A DNA stretch of 27,996 nucleotides from Octopus sinensis (taxonomy: Eukaryota), in assembly GCF_006345805.1 (NCBI RefSeq), contig NW_021827544.1, positions 1 to 27,996 of the forward strand, written 5' to 3'. Of this stretch, positions 1-10,215 are shown one piece after another. The translations under genes were made by a program, and so were the position numbers. A model generated the notes under the pieces. The model saw only the letters and a list, made by a program, of their open reading frames with translations, ran no database searches and had not been told where the DNA came from. Position 1 is the first letter of the stretch, and every line of letters begins with the position of its first letter.

Positions 1-170
1 ACAACCTATGTTGGTGTGTTTACGTCTTCTGTTGGCGATTCGGCAAAAGAGACCAAAAGAATAAATACTAGGTCTACAAAGACTAAGTCCTGGAGTCGAT
101 TAGTTCGTCTACAGGTGGTGCTCCAGTATGGCCGTAGTCAAATGACTGAAACAAGTAAAAGAATAACAGA
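1..170 (+). mobile_element. SINE family A, 3' half (decayed)
   Basis: Matches the 3' half of full-length copy 22528-22945 (ggtgctccagYatggccgYagtcaaatgactgaaacaagtaaaaga). Confidence 0.85.
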
Positions 171-278
171 ATGAAAAGGTCGCAAAAGCACTGATAACCA
201 TGCAAATAAAGAGAAGCAAACATTTCCGATATCGTTCACAATTTGTGCTTAACAGTTATTTAATTGGCATAAAACATT

Positions 279-417
279 GGTGTGATTGTATGGCAAAGGG
301 TTTTCTTACCAACCACAAGGTACCGGGTTCAGTCCCACAGCGTCTTCTACGATAGCCTCGGACCGACCAAGGCCATGTGGATGAATTTGGTAAGCGGAAA
401 CTGAAAGAAGCCCATCG

Positions 418-418
<1 letters not shown>
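279..418 (+). mobile_element. SINE family A, 5' half (tRNA head plus CORE-like segment)
   Basis: accaaccacaaggtaccgggttcagtcccac...ggaaactgaaagaagcccatcgta matches 22528-22695, then runs into a microsatellite as other copies do. Confidence 0.85.
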
Positions 419-499
<81 letters not shown>

Positions 500-606
500 T
501 ACAGATAAACAGACAGACAGATAGAAAGACAGATAGACAGACAAATAGATAGACAGAAAGATAGACAGACAGATAGATAGATAGATAGACAGACAGATAG
601 ACAGAC

Positions 607-645
<39 letters not shown>

Positions 646-726
646 TAGATAAGCAGACAGACAGATAGAAAGACAGATAGATAGACAGACAGATAGACAG
701 ACAGACAGAAAGGCAGACAGACAGAC

Positions 727-798
<72 letters not shown>
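416..798. repeat. Compound (GATA)n/(GACA)n microsatellite
   Basis: Directly visible tetranucleotide array. Confidence 0.98.
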
Positions 799-799
<1 letters not shown>

Positions 800-2126
800 T
801 GTTTCTTTATTAGCCACACAGGGCTGCACACAGATAGAACAAATTACAAGGTAAGCTTTTCTTGTTGAAGGTATTAAAAAAAAAAAAAAAAAGGAAGGGG
901 GAGGTTCGATCAAAAGGATCGTAAAAGGAGAGAAAGAGGACAAAATAAGGGGGGTTAAAAAAAAAAAAAAAAAAGGGGGGGAGAGGAAAAAAAAAATGAT
1001 CAATAGGGATCGTTATCACAGAAATGTCAATATGAAGTGTAAAGGGGAGGACAGGTGAGGTTTACCCTTGGAAAGAAAAGCCTGCGGAAAAGACCACGGT
1101 AACCTCGGCAATGAAGTCACATTTTATATTTCTTTTTTTTTTTTTTTTTTTTTTTTGCAAATAAGCAACTCTCTGTTTTCGATTTCTGGGTTCATAGGAC
1201 TATGCTCAAGGTGGCTTCGTCATTCATACGTGCCATTCTGCTACATTCACCCATCTTTTTTAAAACATTCGCTAGACAAAACTTGCCTCTCTACTCTCAC
1301 TTCCTTTTCAAGTGGTACTTGAAGAAGTTGATGAGAGATTGACCAGAGAGGAAGTGTTTGTCTCCAATCCTTTCAGACGCGTCCACCAGATACATTCTTT
1401 CGCCATAGCCACAAGGATGATGAAAATAGCTCTTCCTTCCCGTTTGAAGGAAGGAGGCGTGACAATATGACGATAGACTCAGCTGATAAACCGACTCGTC
1501 CCACACGTGACAGCAGTTGTTCGACATAACCCACAGGTCGGAAATTGTTGGACACTGAACGAGTGCGTGCAGAACGGTTTCGTCGCTCTGACCGCATCTC
1601 GGGCAGGTCGGCCCCGTGTTTCTCGAGCCGTGTCTGTAGAGCTTATCCCGAACGGGTAGCGCTTCTCGGTAGCACTGCCAGGCCAGGGATCTCTGGAAGT
1701 TGTCCATGGGCCTGCCCGAAAGTCGTCCCGAACAGGCGGGTCAGGTACTCCTCGTCGACGTCCAGGTTCGCCCCGAGTTCGTCGTCGTACCTCCCCTCCA
1801 CTAAACCCCTATAGAATGCTTTGGTTGTGTTGAAGTCACTTAGTCGACCCAGGACGGCAGAGGTTGCTTGAGAGCAACGCGACACTCGCGGTGCCATTCG
1901 CCCTCCTCGGCCTCTTTTTGATCCACGACTGCAGTTCGGTCATGGAGACGAGCTGCGGGAAAGCGTGCCTCACAAACGGCGACCACACCTGTTCACCGTC
2001 GTCTACATAGAGCCAGAGATGTCGCAGTCTCAGCGCGTGTCTGCGCATCATCAACCACGGCATGCCCAGCCCTCCTTTTAACGGGTGTTGACAGCAAATG
2101 GATCGCCTGACCATCGGGACGCATCC
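799..2126 (-). mobile_element. 5'-truncated L1/Tx1-clade non-LTR retrotransposon (ORF2 C-terminus plus 3' UTR)
   Basis: Minus-strand frames give VRRSICCQHPLKGGLGMP (post-RT GGLG motif) and LPVRDKLYRHG...CPRCGQSDETVLHALVQCP (C-terminal CCHC zinc knuckle of L1/Tx1 ORF2). The 3' UTR ends AATAAAGAAACATA plus (TCTA)n. Confidence 0.9.
1225..2126 (-). pseudogene. Frameshifted ORF2 remnant of the L1/Tx1 element
   Basis: ORF pieces 1836-2168, 1643-1897, 1297-1707 and 1373-1597 join into one plausible protein only through several frameshifts. Confidence 0.85.
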
Positions 2127-2151
2127 TAGATAGATAGATAGATAGATAGAT
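2127..2151. repeat. (GATA)6 at the LINE 5' junction
   Basis: tagatagatagatagatagatagat directly abuts the truncation point. Confidence 0.95.
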
Positions 2152-2217
2152 GTGTCTGTGTAACGCAAATAGTAAAGTGATAAACACCGCTAATTAAGCT
2201 TTTTTCTCCGTGGACTT

Positions 2218-2375
2218 AAAAAAACTGATGAATAACCTTAATCAATTTTCAAATATTATTGACTTCTCATCAGAGATGTCTACATCAATTTGACCAATCT
2301 CAGAGAAATTATTTGCCATTCTGTATATATACTCAACAAATTCAGTTCCCTACAGGAAACTGAAATTATTAACCT
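2218..2375 (-). mobile_element. Decayed dispersed repeat with hammerhead-like core (possible Penelope pLTR relic), copy 1
   Basis: Homologous to 21875-22015, with an identical 18-mer tagacatctctgatgaga and co-linear blocks atttgtt/gtatata/acaga/tggc/tctct. Contains CTGATGA...GAAA...TA. Confidence 0.55.
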
Positions 2376-2789
2376 GTGTACCGTAAACGTTAGCACTTTA
2401 TTTAATAGCAAGAGCCTGTCAACGGGGATCTCTATTCACACAGTATAAATTACTAATGTAATTTTCGTTTTTCAAGCATGTATGAGACAATCTGGGACAT
2501 ATTTCGGTTGTATTCTGGCCTTATTAGCGAAGCATATCTTTCTTCGTAGAAAACCAAACAGTAATTATCCAGCTAGCACCTTGTATAATGGGCGGCTGTC
2601 TGAGGAAATGGAAAATGCATGAAAGAGACAAAAGAAGATGGAGAAGAAGCTAGTTTGGTTGGAATAAAGGAAACATAAGGGAGGAAGAGAAGGACGAATT
2701 CCGGAAGGAGGAAAACAGAATTATAAAACAGAGACTCCGTGTTGAAGACAGAAGATGAAGAATAAATTGATTGTGTAGGATTGATTGAA

Positions 2790-3013
2790 AGTGTGCATAA
2801 ATGTGTGTCAGTATGAGGCAATAGGGTATGTACGGACGTGTGTCTATATGTCTGTGTATGTATCTGTACGACTATACGTGTATACGTGTGTATGTGTGTC
2901 TTTCTGTCTGTGTGTATGTATATATATATATTATATATGTGTGTGTGTGTGTGTGGCTATATATGTGTACGTGTGTATGTGTGTCTTTATGTCTGTTTCT
3001 ATGTATATACATA

Positions 3014-3048
<35 letters not shown>

Positions 3049-3210
3049 GCTATATATGTGTACGTGTGTATGTGTGTCTTTATGTCTGTGCCCATGTATA
3101 TATATGTATATGTATGTATGTATGTATGTATGCATGTATGTATGTATGTATGTATATATGTGTGTGTGTGTGGCTATATATGTGTACGTGCGTGTGTGTG
3201 TGTGTGTGTT
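2790..3210. repeat. (TG)n/(TA)n/(TATG)n compound microsatellite with internal higher-order duplication
   Basis: gtggctatatatgtgtacgtg recurs near 2953, 3046 and 3170. Confidence 0.95.
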
Positions 3211-3379
3211 TTATTTAGGTGAGGGAATTTATGGGTCAGGGAAAAAGAAAACGCATGTAAAATTTTAATGAAAACTTCCGCCAATTCGTTAGCGATTTTT
3301 ATTTTCGATTCTTTTTTTTTCTTCAGAGCTGAACAAATAATCTTGACTATAAAAGCCTGTCTCTGTTTTTTTATGACTT

Positions 3380-3457
3380 TCTCTCTTTGTGTTTCTCTCT
3401 TTCCCTCTCCCTCTCTCTCTCTATCTATCTATCTATCTAACTAGAAAGCTAACTTCT

Positions 3458-3530
<73 letters not shown>

Positions 3531-3682
3531 ATTGTGTTCAATATTCTCCTTTATATGTCCATCTTCCTCTCAACCTTTTACTCTCTCCTTTTTCTCTCTC
3601 CGTCTATCTCTCTCTCTCTTTCTTTCTTAACTTTCTCTCTTCTTTTCCTTCTCTCTCTCTCTCTCTCTCTCCCTATGTATAT

Positions 3683-3737
<55 letters not shown>

Positions 3738-3769
3738 TTTCTTTTTCTAACCTTCTATTTTCTCTCTCC

Positions 3770-3806
<37 letters not shown>

Positions 3807-4131
3807 CTCTTTTTCATTATTTTTCCCTCCCTCTATTTTCTCTTCCTCTTTCCTCTAACTTACTTATCTTGATTTCGACCATCCGCGCTCTCTTTCTCTC
3901 TCACTATCTTTCTCTCTCTCTCTTTCTCTCTCTTTCTTTCTCTCTCTCATTCTCTCTCTCTTTCTCTTTCTCTCTCTCCTGTATATTTATCTGTCTAGCT
4001 AGCTAGCCTTTTTTTCTCTTCCTCTTTCCGTCGTTCAATATTCCCCTTATATGTTCATCATCTCAACCTTTCCCCCTCTTTTCTCTCTCCCTGTTTCTTT
4101 CTTTGTATCTCTCTCTCACTCTCTATCTCTC

Positions 4132-4210
<79 letters not shown>

Positions 4211-4236
4211 CTTTCTCTCTCTTCTCTCTCTTTCTC

Positions 4237-4275
<39 letters not shown>

Positions 4276-5016
4276 ATTGTGTTTCTCTTTCTTTCTTTTC
4301 TCTCCCTCCTTCTTTATATCTGTCTATCTATCTACCTTCTTTCTTTCTCTCTCCCTTTTGTCTTCGTTCAATATTCTCCTTATATGTCTCTCTTGCTCTC
4401 AACATGTTACCCTCAGCTTTTTCTCTCTATATCCTTGTCCATCTGTCTCTCTTTCTTCCTCTTTCTTTCTCTACCTCCCTCGCGTTTCTATCTTTACATG
4501 TCGACCTTTCATTCAACCTTCCCCGCTTTCTCTCTTTATGTTTCGTACTCTCACATCATCTCCCTACGTTATGAATTCCCATTCTCTATTCTCTCCTCCA
4601 TAACATTTCTTCTCTTTCTTATTCTACCTTTATCTACCCTATTTCTCTTTTTCACTTTTTCCCTTCTATCTGTAGACTCTCTTTTTTCTTCTTTCTTTTC
4701 CGTTTTCAACCTTCTTCGTCCCTACTCCTTCGCCAATCTCTCTCCTCTTCCTTTTCTTTTCTATTTTCACTTCTTTATTCAGTCTCTCTCTCTCTCTCTC
4801 TTTCGTTTTTTCACTCTTTTGCGTCTCTCTTTCGTTTTCTCTATCCTTTCCTTTCTTTTTTTTCTTTTCACCTCCTTATTAAATCTCTCTCTCTCTCTCT
4901 CTCCCTCTCTCACACACATATACTCTATCTCTCTCTCACTCTCTCTCTCCCTCTCTCTCTCTCATGTGATTTTCCTCTCCTGTCCCCATTCTATTAATTT
5001 TCACCTCCTTATTAAA

Positions 5017-5047
<31 letters not shown>

Positions 5048-5050
5048 TTC
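3380..5050. repeat. Long degenerate (CT)n polypyrimidine tract with embedded (TA)n
   Basis: Directly visible; (TA)n at about 3685-3734. Confidence 0.95.
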
Positions 5051-5089
5051 AGTTTTTCACTCCTTCCATCCCTTTCTCTCATCATTCCG

Positions 5090-5139
5090 ACTACTACTAC
5101 TACTACTATTACTACTACTACTACTACTACTACTACTAT

Positions 5140-5189
<50 letters not shown>

Positions 5190-5207
5190 TTACTACTACT
5201 ACTACTA
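5090..5207. repeat. (TAC)n microsatellite
   Basis: About 39 near-perfect units. Confidence 0.98.
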
Positions 5208-5390
5208 ACATCTCCCTTAATTAAAATATCGTTTCTAATTTCAACACGATAACATTATTTTGTTTTTAATATTTAAGCGTTTGTTTTGTATTCTATGTTA
5301 CATTCAAGATCTCATCGTTCTAAATTTAAAAAAAATAAAAAAAATTCTTCGTTTCGTTAAATTTTAATTTCCTTACAAGTTACACACAAT

Positions 5391-5417
5391 ATGGCGAACA
5401 GCAAGGATCGGGTTTTT
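5391..5417 (+). CDS. Candidate short first coding exon (MANSKDRVF, phase 0)
   Basis: caatATGGCG start context followed after 9 codons by a canonical GTAAGT donor. No homology recognised. Confidence 0.25.
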
Positions 5418-5789
5418 GTAAGTTTCTTCGTCCGCAAAACCTGACACCAATAAAAACCTAATGTGTTGACTGGTAGCGTGATTAATTCTGCGAAATTCGA
5501 AACAAAGCAAAAAAAAAAAAAAAAAAATTCAAGAAACAGGTAGAAATAAAAAGGAAGAAAGCAACAAAAACAACAACAGCAACAAAAAAGACTACAGTGC
5601 CAACGACAAGAACAAGACCAATATTTGAGAAAATGGCGGAACGCGCGAGACAGCAATCTTGGTTAGAACTTGGAAACGACGTAGCTTATTTATGATGATT
5701 GATGTAAATAATGTTGGAGGTGGGATCAGAATATGACATGGAAGATGGAACTGGATTTTTCTGTTTTTGTCGTATGAGATATTGGCTGG

Positions 5790-6430
5790 TAGATGTGGTT
5801 GTGGGGCGGGGGGAGGTGCTGGTGCTGGTGCTGGTGCTGGTGCTGGTGGTGGTGGTGGTGATCGTCGTCGCCGTTTGGTGATGGTGACGGTGGTAATGGT
5901 CGTACTACTAGTGCTGGCAGTGGTGGTTTTGTTGAGGGGTAGTCGCAGTGATGGTGGCGTTGGTGGTAGTTGTGTTCAAAGTAGTAGTAGTGGTGCTGTC
6001 AGTGGTGATGGTGGTGGTTGTGGTGGTGGTGGTGGTGGTGGTAGTAGTGGTGCTGTCGGTGGTGCTGATGTTGGTGCTGGTGGTAGTCACGGTGATGGTG
6101 ATGGTGGTGGTGCTGGTGGTAGTACAGGTAAAATGTTGGGAGAGGTGATAGTAATAGTAGTGGTGGTTGGGTGGTGGTGGTAGTTTAGTACTGGTAGTGG
6201 TGGTAGTGATGGTGACGGTTGATGTAGTTAATGATGCTATTGTTGTAGTCGTTGTTGTTCATGTTGGTGGTGGTGGTAGTGGTGGTGGTGGTGGAGGTTG
6301 CGATGATCGTGTTGGGTGTGGTGATGGTGGCCGTCGTGGTGATGGTGGCGTCGTGGTGATGCTAACGTTGAAGGTAGCGGTTGCGATGGTTTTGTGGTGC
6401 CAGCTGTCATCATGGTGGTTCTGGTGGTAG
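5790..6430. repeat. Degenerate (GGT)n/(GTA)n/(GCT)n trinucleotide region
   Basis: Directly visible. Confidence 0.95.
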
Positions 6431-6800
6431 TGCTGGTTATAACAGGGTATATGCTGAGTTTAGTTGTATGCCCAGTCGCTGTTGACGTGTTGTAGCTGTC
6501 CAGTTAGCCTTTATTGCATCAAATAAACCAAGTACAATAGTTAAGTAAATTAAAGAAGCACAGTTTTGCGACCAGTTAACCTTTATTGCAGTAAACAAAC
6601 CAAATACAACTGTCCTCAGACGAGGACAGTGGGTTAAAATGGGTTAATCTTGTGAACCGAATGCAAAATACATCGCTTCATAAGGAGGTTAAATAAGACC
6701 GAAATATGTCCGTTGTTTTCATTAGTTGGCTAACTAAATGACGTGTTTTCAGTCCTTGTCACATGAGGCAACAATAGACCATTGTCAATGATCAAAGTGT

Positions 6801-7102
6801 GGAGGCACATGGCCTAGTGGTTAGAGCAGCGGACTCGCGGTCGAGGGATCGCGGGTTCGAATCTCAGGCCGGGCGAGCTGTGTGTTTATGAGCGACAACA
6901 CCTAAGCTCCACGCGGCTCCAGAAGAAGGCAATGGCGAACTTCTGCTGACTCTTTCGCCACAACTTTCTCTCACTCTTTCCTCCTGCATCTTGCAGCTCA
7001 TCTGCGACGGACCGGCGTCTCGTCCGAGTGGGGAACCTATACGCCAAGAAACCGGGAAACCGGCCCTTATGAGCCAGGCATGGCTCGCGAAGGAACAAAC
7101 AA
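6801..7102 (+). mobile_element. Full-length tRNA-derived SINE, family B1
   Basis: A box TGGCCTAGTGG (6810-6820), B box GGGTTCGAATC (6853-6863), tail ending aaggaacaaacaa. Flanking duplication caatgatcaaag at 6786 and 7103. Tail homologous to 11328-11481. Confidence 0.92.
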
Positions 7103-7603
7103 CAATGATCAAAGGGACAGGCAATGATCGAAGTGTGACAGGCACCAAAATGCATCAACACTATGTACAAGGATAAAATTCCTCGGGGAAACCATCCTCC
7201 ATATTAAATAGAGACACTAGAGAATTTCACATATATAGGGTAGACTCAGCATTGTCACTCGTCTTAGCTTATCCAATTGATTAGTGGACGAATTCCTCAA
7301 GGAGTGTACATAACTGAACACAAATTCTCACTAGCAAGGGAGGTAACTTCATTAAGATCAGTTGATCGAAATAGATGGAGAATATCAGATTATGGGGGAC
7401 TGAGAATACTGATGCGTTCATTCCATCCCGTTGAATATCAGAAACATAAATGAAGTGTAAACCAGCGCTCACTGTGATGAGCTCTGACTTAACTGTTATG
7501 TTTAGTGCATTAGACGGGGTCCCTGAGTAATTTCTCTTCCGTTCATCATAATGTGAAATGGTTTCATAAGCAAATTCACGTCACTTCACATCGCTACACT
7601 ACA

Positions 7604-8165
7604 TCTTCTTTCTTCTTCTTCTTCTTCTTCTTCTTCTTCTTCTTCTTCTTCTTCTTCTTCTTCTTTTTTCTTCTTCTTCTTCTTCTTCTTCTTCTTCTTC
7701 TTCTTCTTCTTTTTTCTTCTTCTTTTTTCTTCTTCTTCTTCTTCTTCTTCTTCTTCTTCATCTGCTGCTGCTGCTGCTCTGCTTTCTCCTTCTCTCCTAT
7801 TCCTCCTCCTCCTCTTCTTCTTCTTCTTCTTCTTCTTTTTCTTCCTCTTTGTTCATCTACTTTTTCTTCTCCTTATCATCACCACCACCAGCACCATTAC
7901 TTCTTCTTCGCTTCCTCCTTCCTATTCCTCTTCTTTCTCCTCCTCCTCCTCCTCCTCTTATTATACCTCCATCCCTTTCTCCTTGTCCTCTTCCTCGTCT
8001 TCCCCCTCTTAGTCCTTATCACCTTACTCCTTCTTCTACCCCTCATTTTTCAACCTCTTCGTTCCTCTCACTCGTCCTGTTTTTCCTCTACTTCCTCTTC
8101 AACCTCCTCTGCTCTCCTCCTTCTCATCTTCCTCCTCCTCCTTCACCTCCTTCAACTCTTCCCAC
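7604..8165. repeat. (TTC)n/(TCC)n trinucleotide region
   Basis: Directly visible. Confidence 0.95.
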
Positions 8166-8640
8166 CGTCTTTGAATAACTGCTACAGATTTGGCAGTAAT
8201 TTTCTACTCGAATTTGGTGCCAAGCTTAAACACTTTTTACATCCAACGAACAGTAAGAACAATTGAAGCAGCCAAAGTAGAAAAAGAGCGAACGACAGAG
8301 AAGAGGGAGAGAGAAAGGGAGAGAGGAAGAACGAGCCATAGAGAGGGGTGAAAACAAAGAGAGAGAGAAAGGGAGAGAAAGATGTGAAGAGAGTGCAACG
8401 TTGGAGCAAATTGTGTGACATAGACGCCATAACTAACATCCGCTTGAATTATTGCAATTTGGGAAGCGCTCAAAATAAAAACATTTCGATATTGTTTAGC
8501 TGTCTATCTCCATATATGCGGGTGAGGGAGTGTCTGTGTATTGTACGTGCGTGGACTATACATATACATATATATATATATATATATATAATATATAATT
8601 ATATATATATATATATAGAATATATATATATATATATATA

Positions 8641-9031
8641 TTAGCAGTATAGCCGGCGTTGATCGGTTTGGTTCGACCCTTTAGAATTGAAATTTTTGAA
8701 AGGTAAAACTTTTGCATTATGTAGCTTGTTATTCTCTTTAAGTGAACATTTTTCTGGTTGAAATACACTGAAAAATCGTGCCACAGCAGTCAAAAAATCG
8801 TAAAAAATAGGGATTTTCATAGAAAAAAAAGCACCTTTTTGATGTAAATAATTTTTGGTGTTAACATGGTCCGATTTGAATTTTTTTCTTCTACGGAAGG
8901 AAGAGCAAGCCTTCTTCTATCATACTCTCAATTTTGGTCAACTTGCGCCGCAGGGTCTCGGAGGAGATAGTGTTAGTTGAAGGCTACCAAACCTGCCACA
9001 CACAGACAACTTCAGCTTTATATATAGAGAT
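8641..9031 (+). mobile_element. Putative non-autonomous Helentron-associated (HINE/DINE-1-like) element
   Basis: Starts ttagcagtatagccggcgttgatcgg, resembling the CTAG...cccggcgttgcccgg 5' hairpin of HINEs. Ends cacacagacaacttcagctttatatatagagat, a typical HINE-like end. Sits between TA-rich arrays; single copy in the window. Confidence 0.5.
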
Positions 9032-9148
9032 ATATGTAAATATATATACACACATGCATAAATACGTGTGCATTGTGTGTGTGTATGTGTGTATGTGTGT
9101 ATGTATGGATGTATGTATGCATATACAATATATATATATATATATAAT

Positions 9149-9200
<52 letters not shown>
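9032..9200. repeat. (TA)n/(TG)n microsatellite
   Basis: Directly visible. Confidence 0.95.
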
Positions 9201-9345
9201 GGCACTCTGTCGGTTACGACGACGAGGGTTCCAATTGATCCGATCAACGGAACAGCCTTATCGTGAAATAATGTGCAAGTGGCTGAAGGCTCCACAGCGC
9301 ACGCACCCATAGCGTAATGTTACAAGGCTGGCCCTTTGAATTACA
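9201..9345 (-). mobile_element. SINE family B2, 3' tail fragment with internal deletion
   Basis: Matches 23071-23180 (gcactcYgtcRgttacgacgacgagggttcc) and then 23221-23246 (acaaggcYggYcctttgaa). Confidence 0.85.
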
Positions 9346-9359
9346 TGTATATTATATAT

Positions 9360-9394
<35 letters not shown>

Positions 9395-9859
9395 TTAATA
9401 TATATATCTATATTATATATATATATAAATGGAGTTAAACGCAGGTATAAATCAAATATTTTTACTTTCGAGACATGTTTCGAAAATTCCACTGATACTA
9501 TTCAAAAGAATAAATGGTATAAAACAACACAATCTTCTCTTCAGGAAAGTGAAAAAACAAAAAAATGATGGATTTGTATAGTGATTTACTGAACGCTATT
9601 AATAATGCTTGAAAAACGTTATATGATATAACGTCAGAAGTAGCTAATAGAAAGAGTAGTGAATGTTAAATATAAAGGAAATTAAAGTTTAAATTATATA
9701 TAATGATAGAGACTATTTATATGCATTAAATGTGTGTTTTTGCCAATGTTTACATCTGTATGCTCGCTCTATAACCGTGTTTACTAGGGGATTTTTAGAA
9801 AAAATAATGAAAAATAGCTCAGAATTGCAGAGAAGACAGAATTCCTTGCCTTTGTCATA

Positions 9860-10107
9860 AGGTATCGAGATTGAGAGAATCAACCATTCTAAATCAAATT
9901 GTTCATTGTGGTCTTTTAGATCCCAAATTAGGTTGCTGAGACCGGTACTATTACGTTTATTCCTATCTCTAAATGTTGAGTAATGGATAGAAATTTAGAG
10001 ATAGAAATAAACGTAATAGTACAGGGCTTAGTAAATTAATTTGGGATCTAAAAGACCACAATGAACAATTTCATTTAGAATGGTTGATTCTCTCAATCTC
10101 GATACCT
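9860..10107. mobile_element. 248-bp foldback / MITE-like near-perfect palindrome
   Basis: Outer arms of 71 bp with 1 mismatch, inner arms of 30 bp with 1 mismatch, 18-nt loop. No clear TSD. Confidence 0.85.
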
Positions 10108-10215
10108 CTCTCTATCTGCTGTAGTTCAGATTGGGACTATTTAACACTTAAAAAACTTCAGACAAACAATCAAGATTGACTCACTCTGGCATTACGTATG
10201 TTATACTATCAAAAC

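Noticed and set aside
1134-1156. T run as the poly(A) tail of the LINE
   Set aside because: Complex sequence continues to 799, where AATAAA and the SINE-shared tail lie, so the run is better read as internal to the 3' UTR (not proven).
2225-2231. Plus-strand CTGATGA as a hammerhead core
   Set aside because: No GAAA or stem II downstream.
2573-2821. Purine-rich stretch / 82-aa minus-strand ORF
   Set aside because: Composition bias explains the open frame; no motif.
3290-3330. CUGAAGA...GAAA on the minus strand as another hammerhead
   Set aside because: The intervening sequence is an A run and cannot form stem II.
6801-6875. tRNA-like heads here and at 10216, 19243-19327, 22528, 23380-23450 as tRNA genes
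   Set aside because: They have A/B boxes but no intact acceptor stem and continue into repeated SINE bodies.
7281-7472. 63-aa minus-strand ORF with faint likeness to RT (IFSIYFDQLI) or mariner (HLFRS) motifs
   Set aside because: Only a few residues match and no co-linear neighbouring motifs were found.
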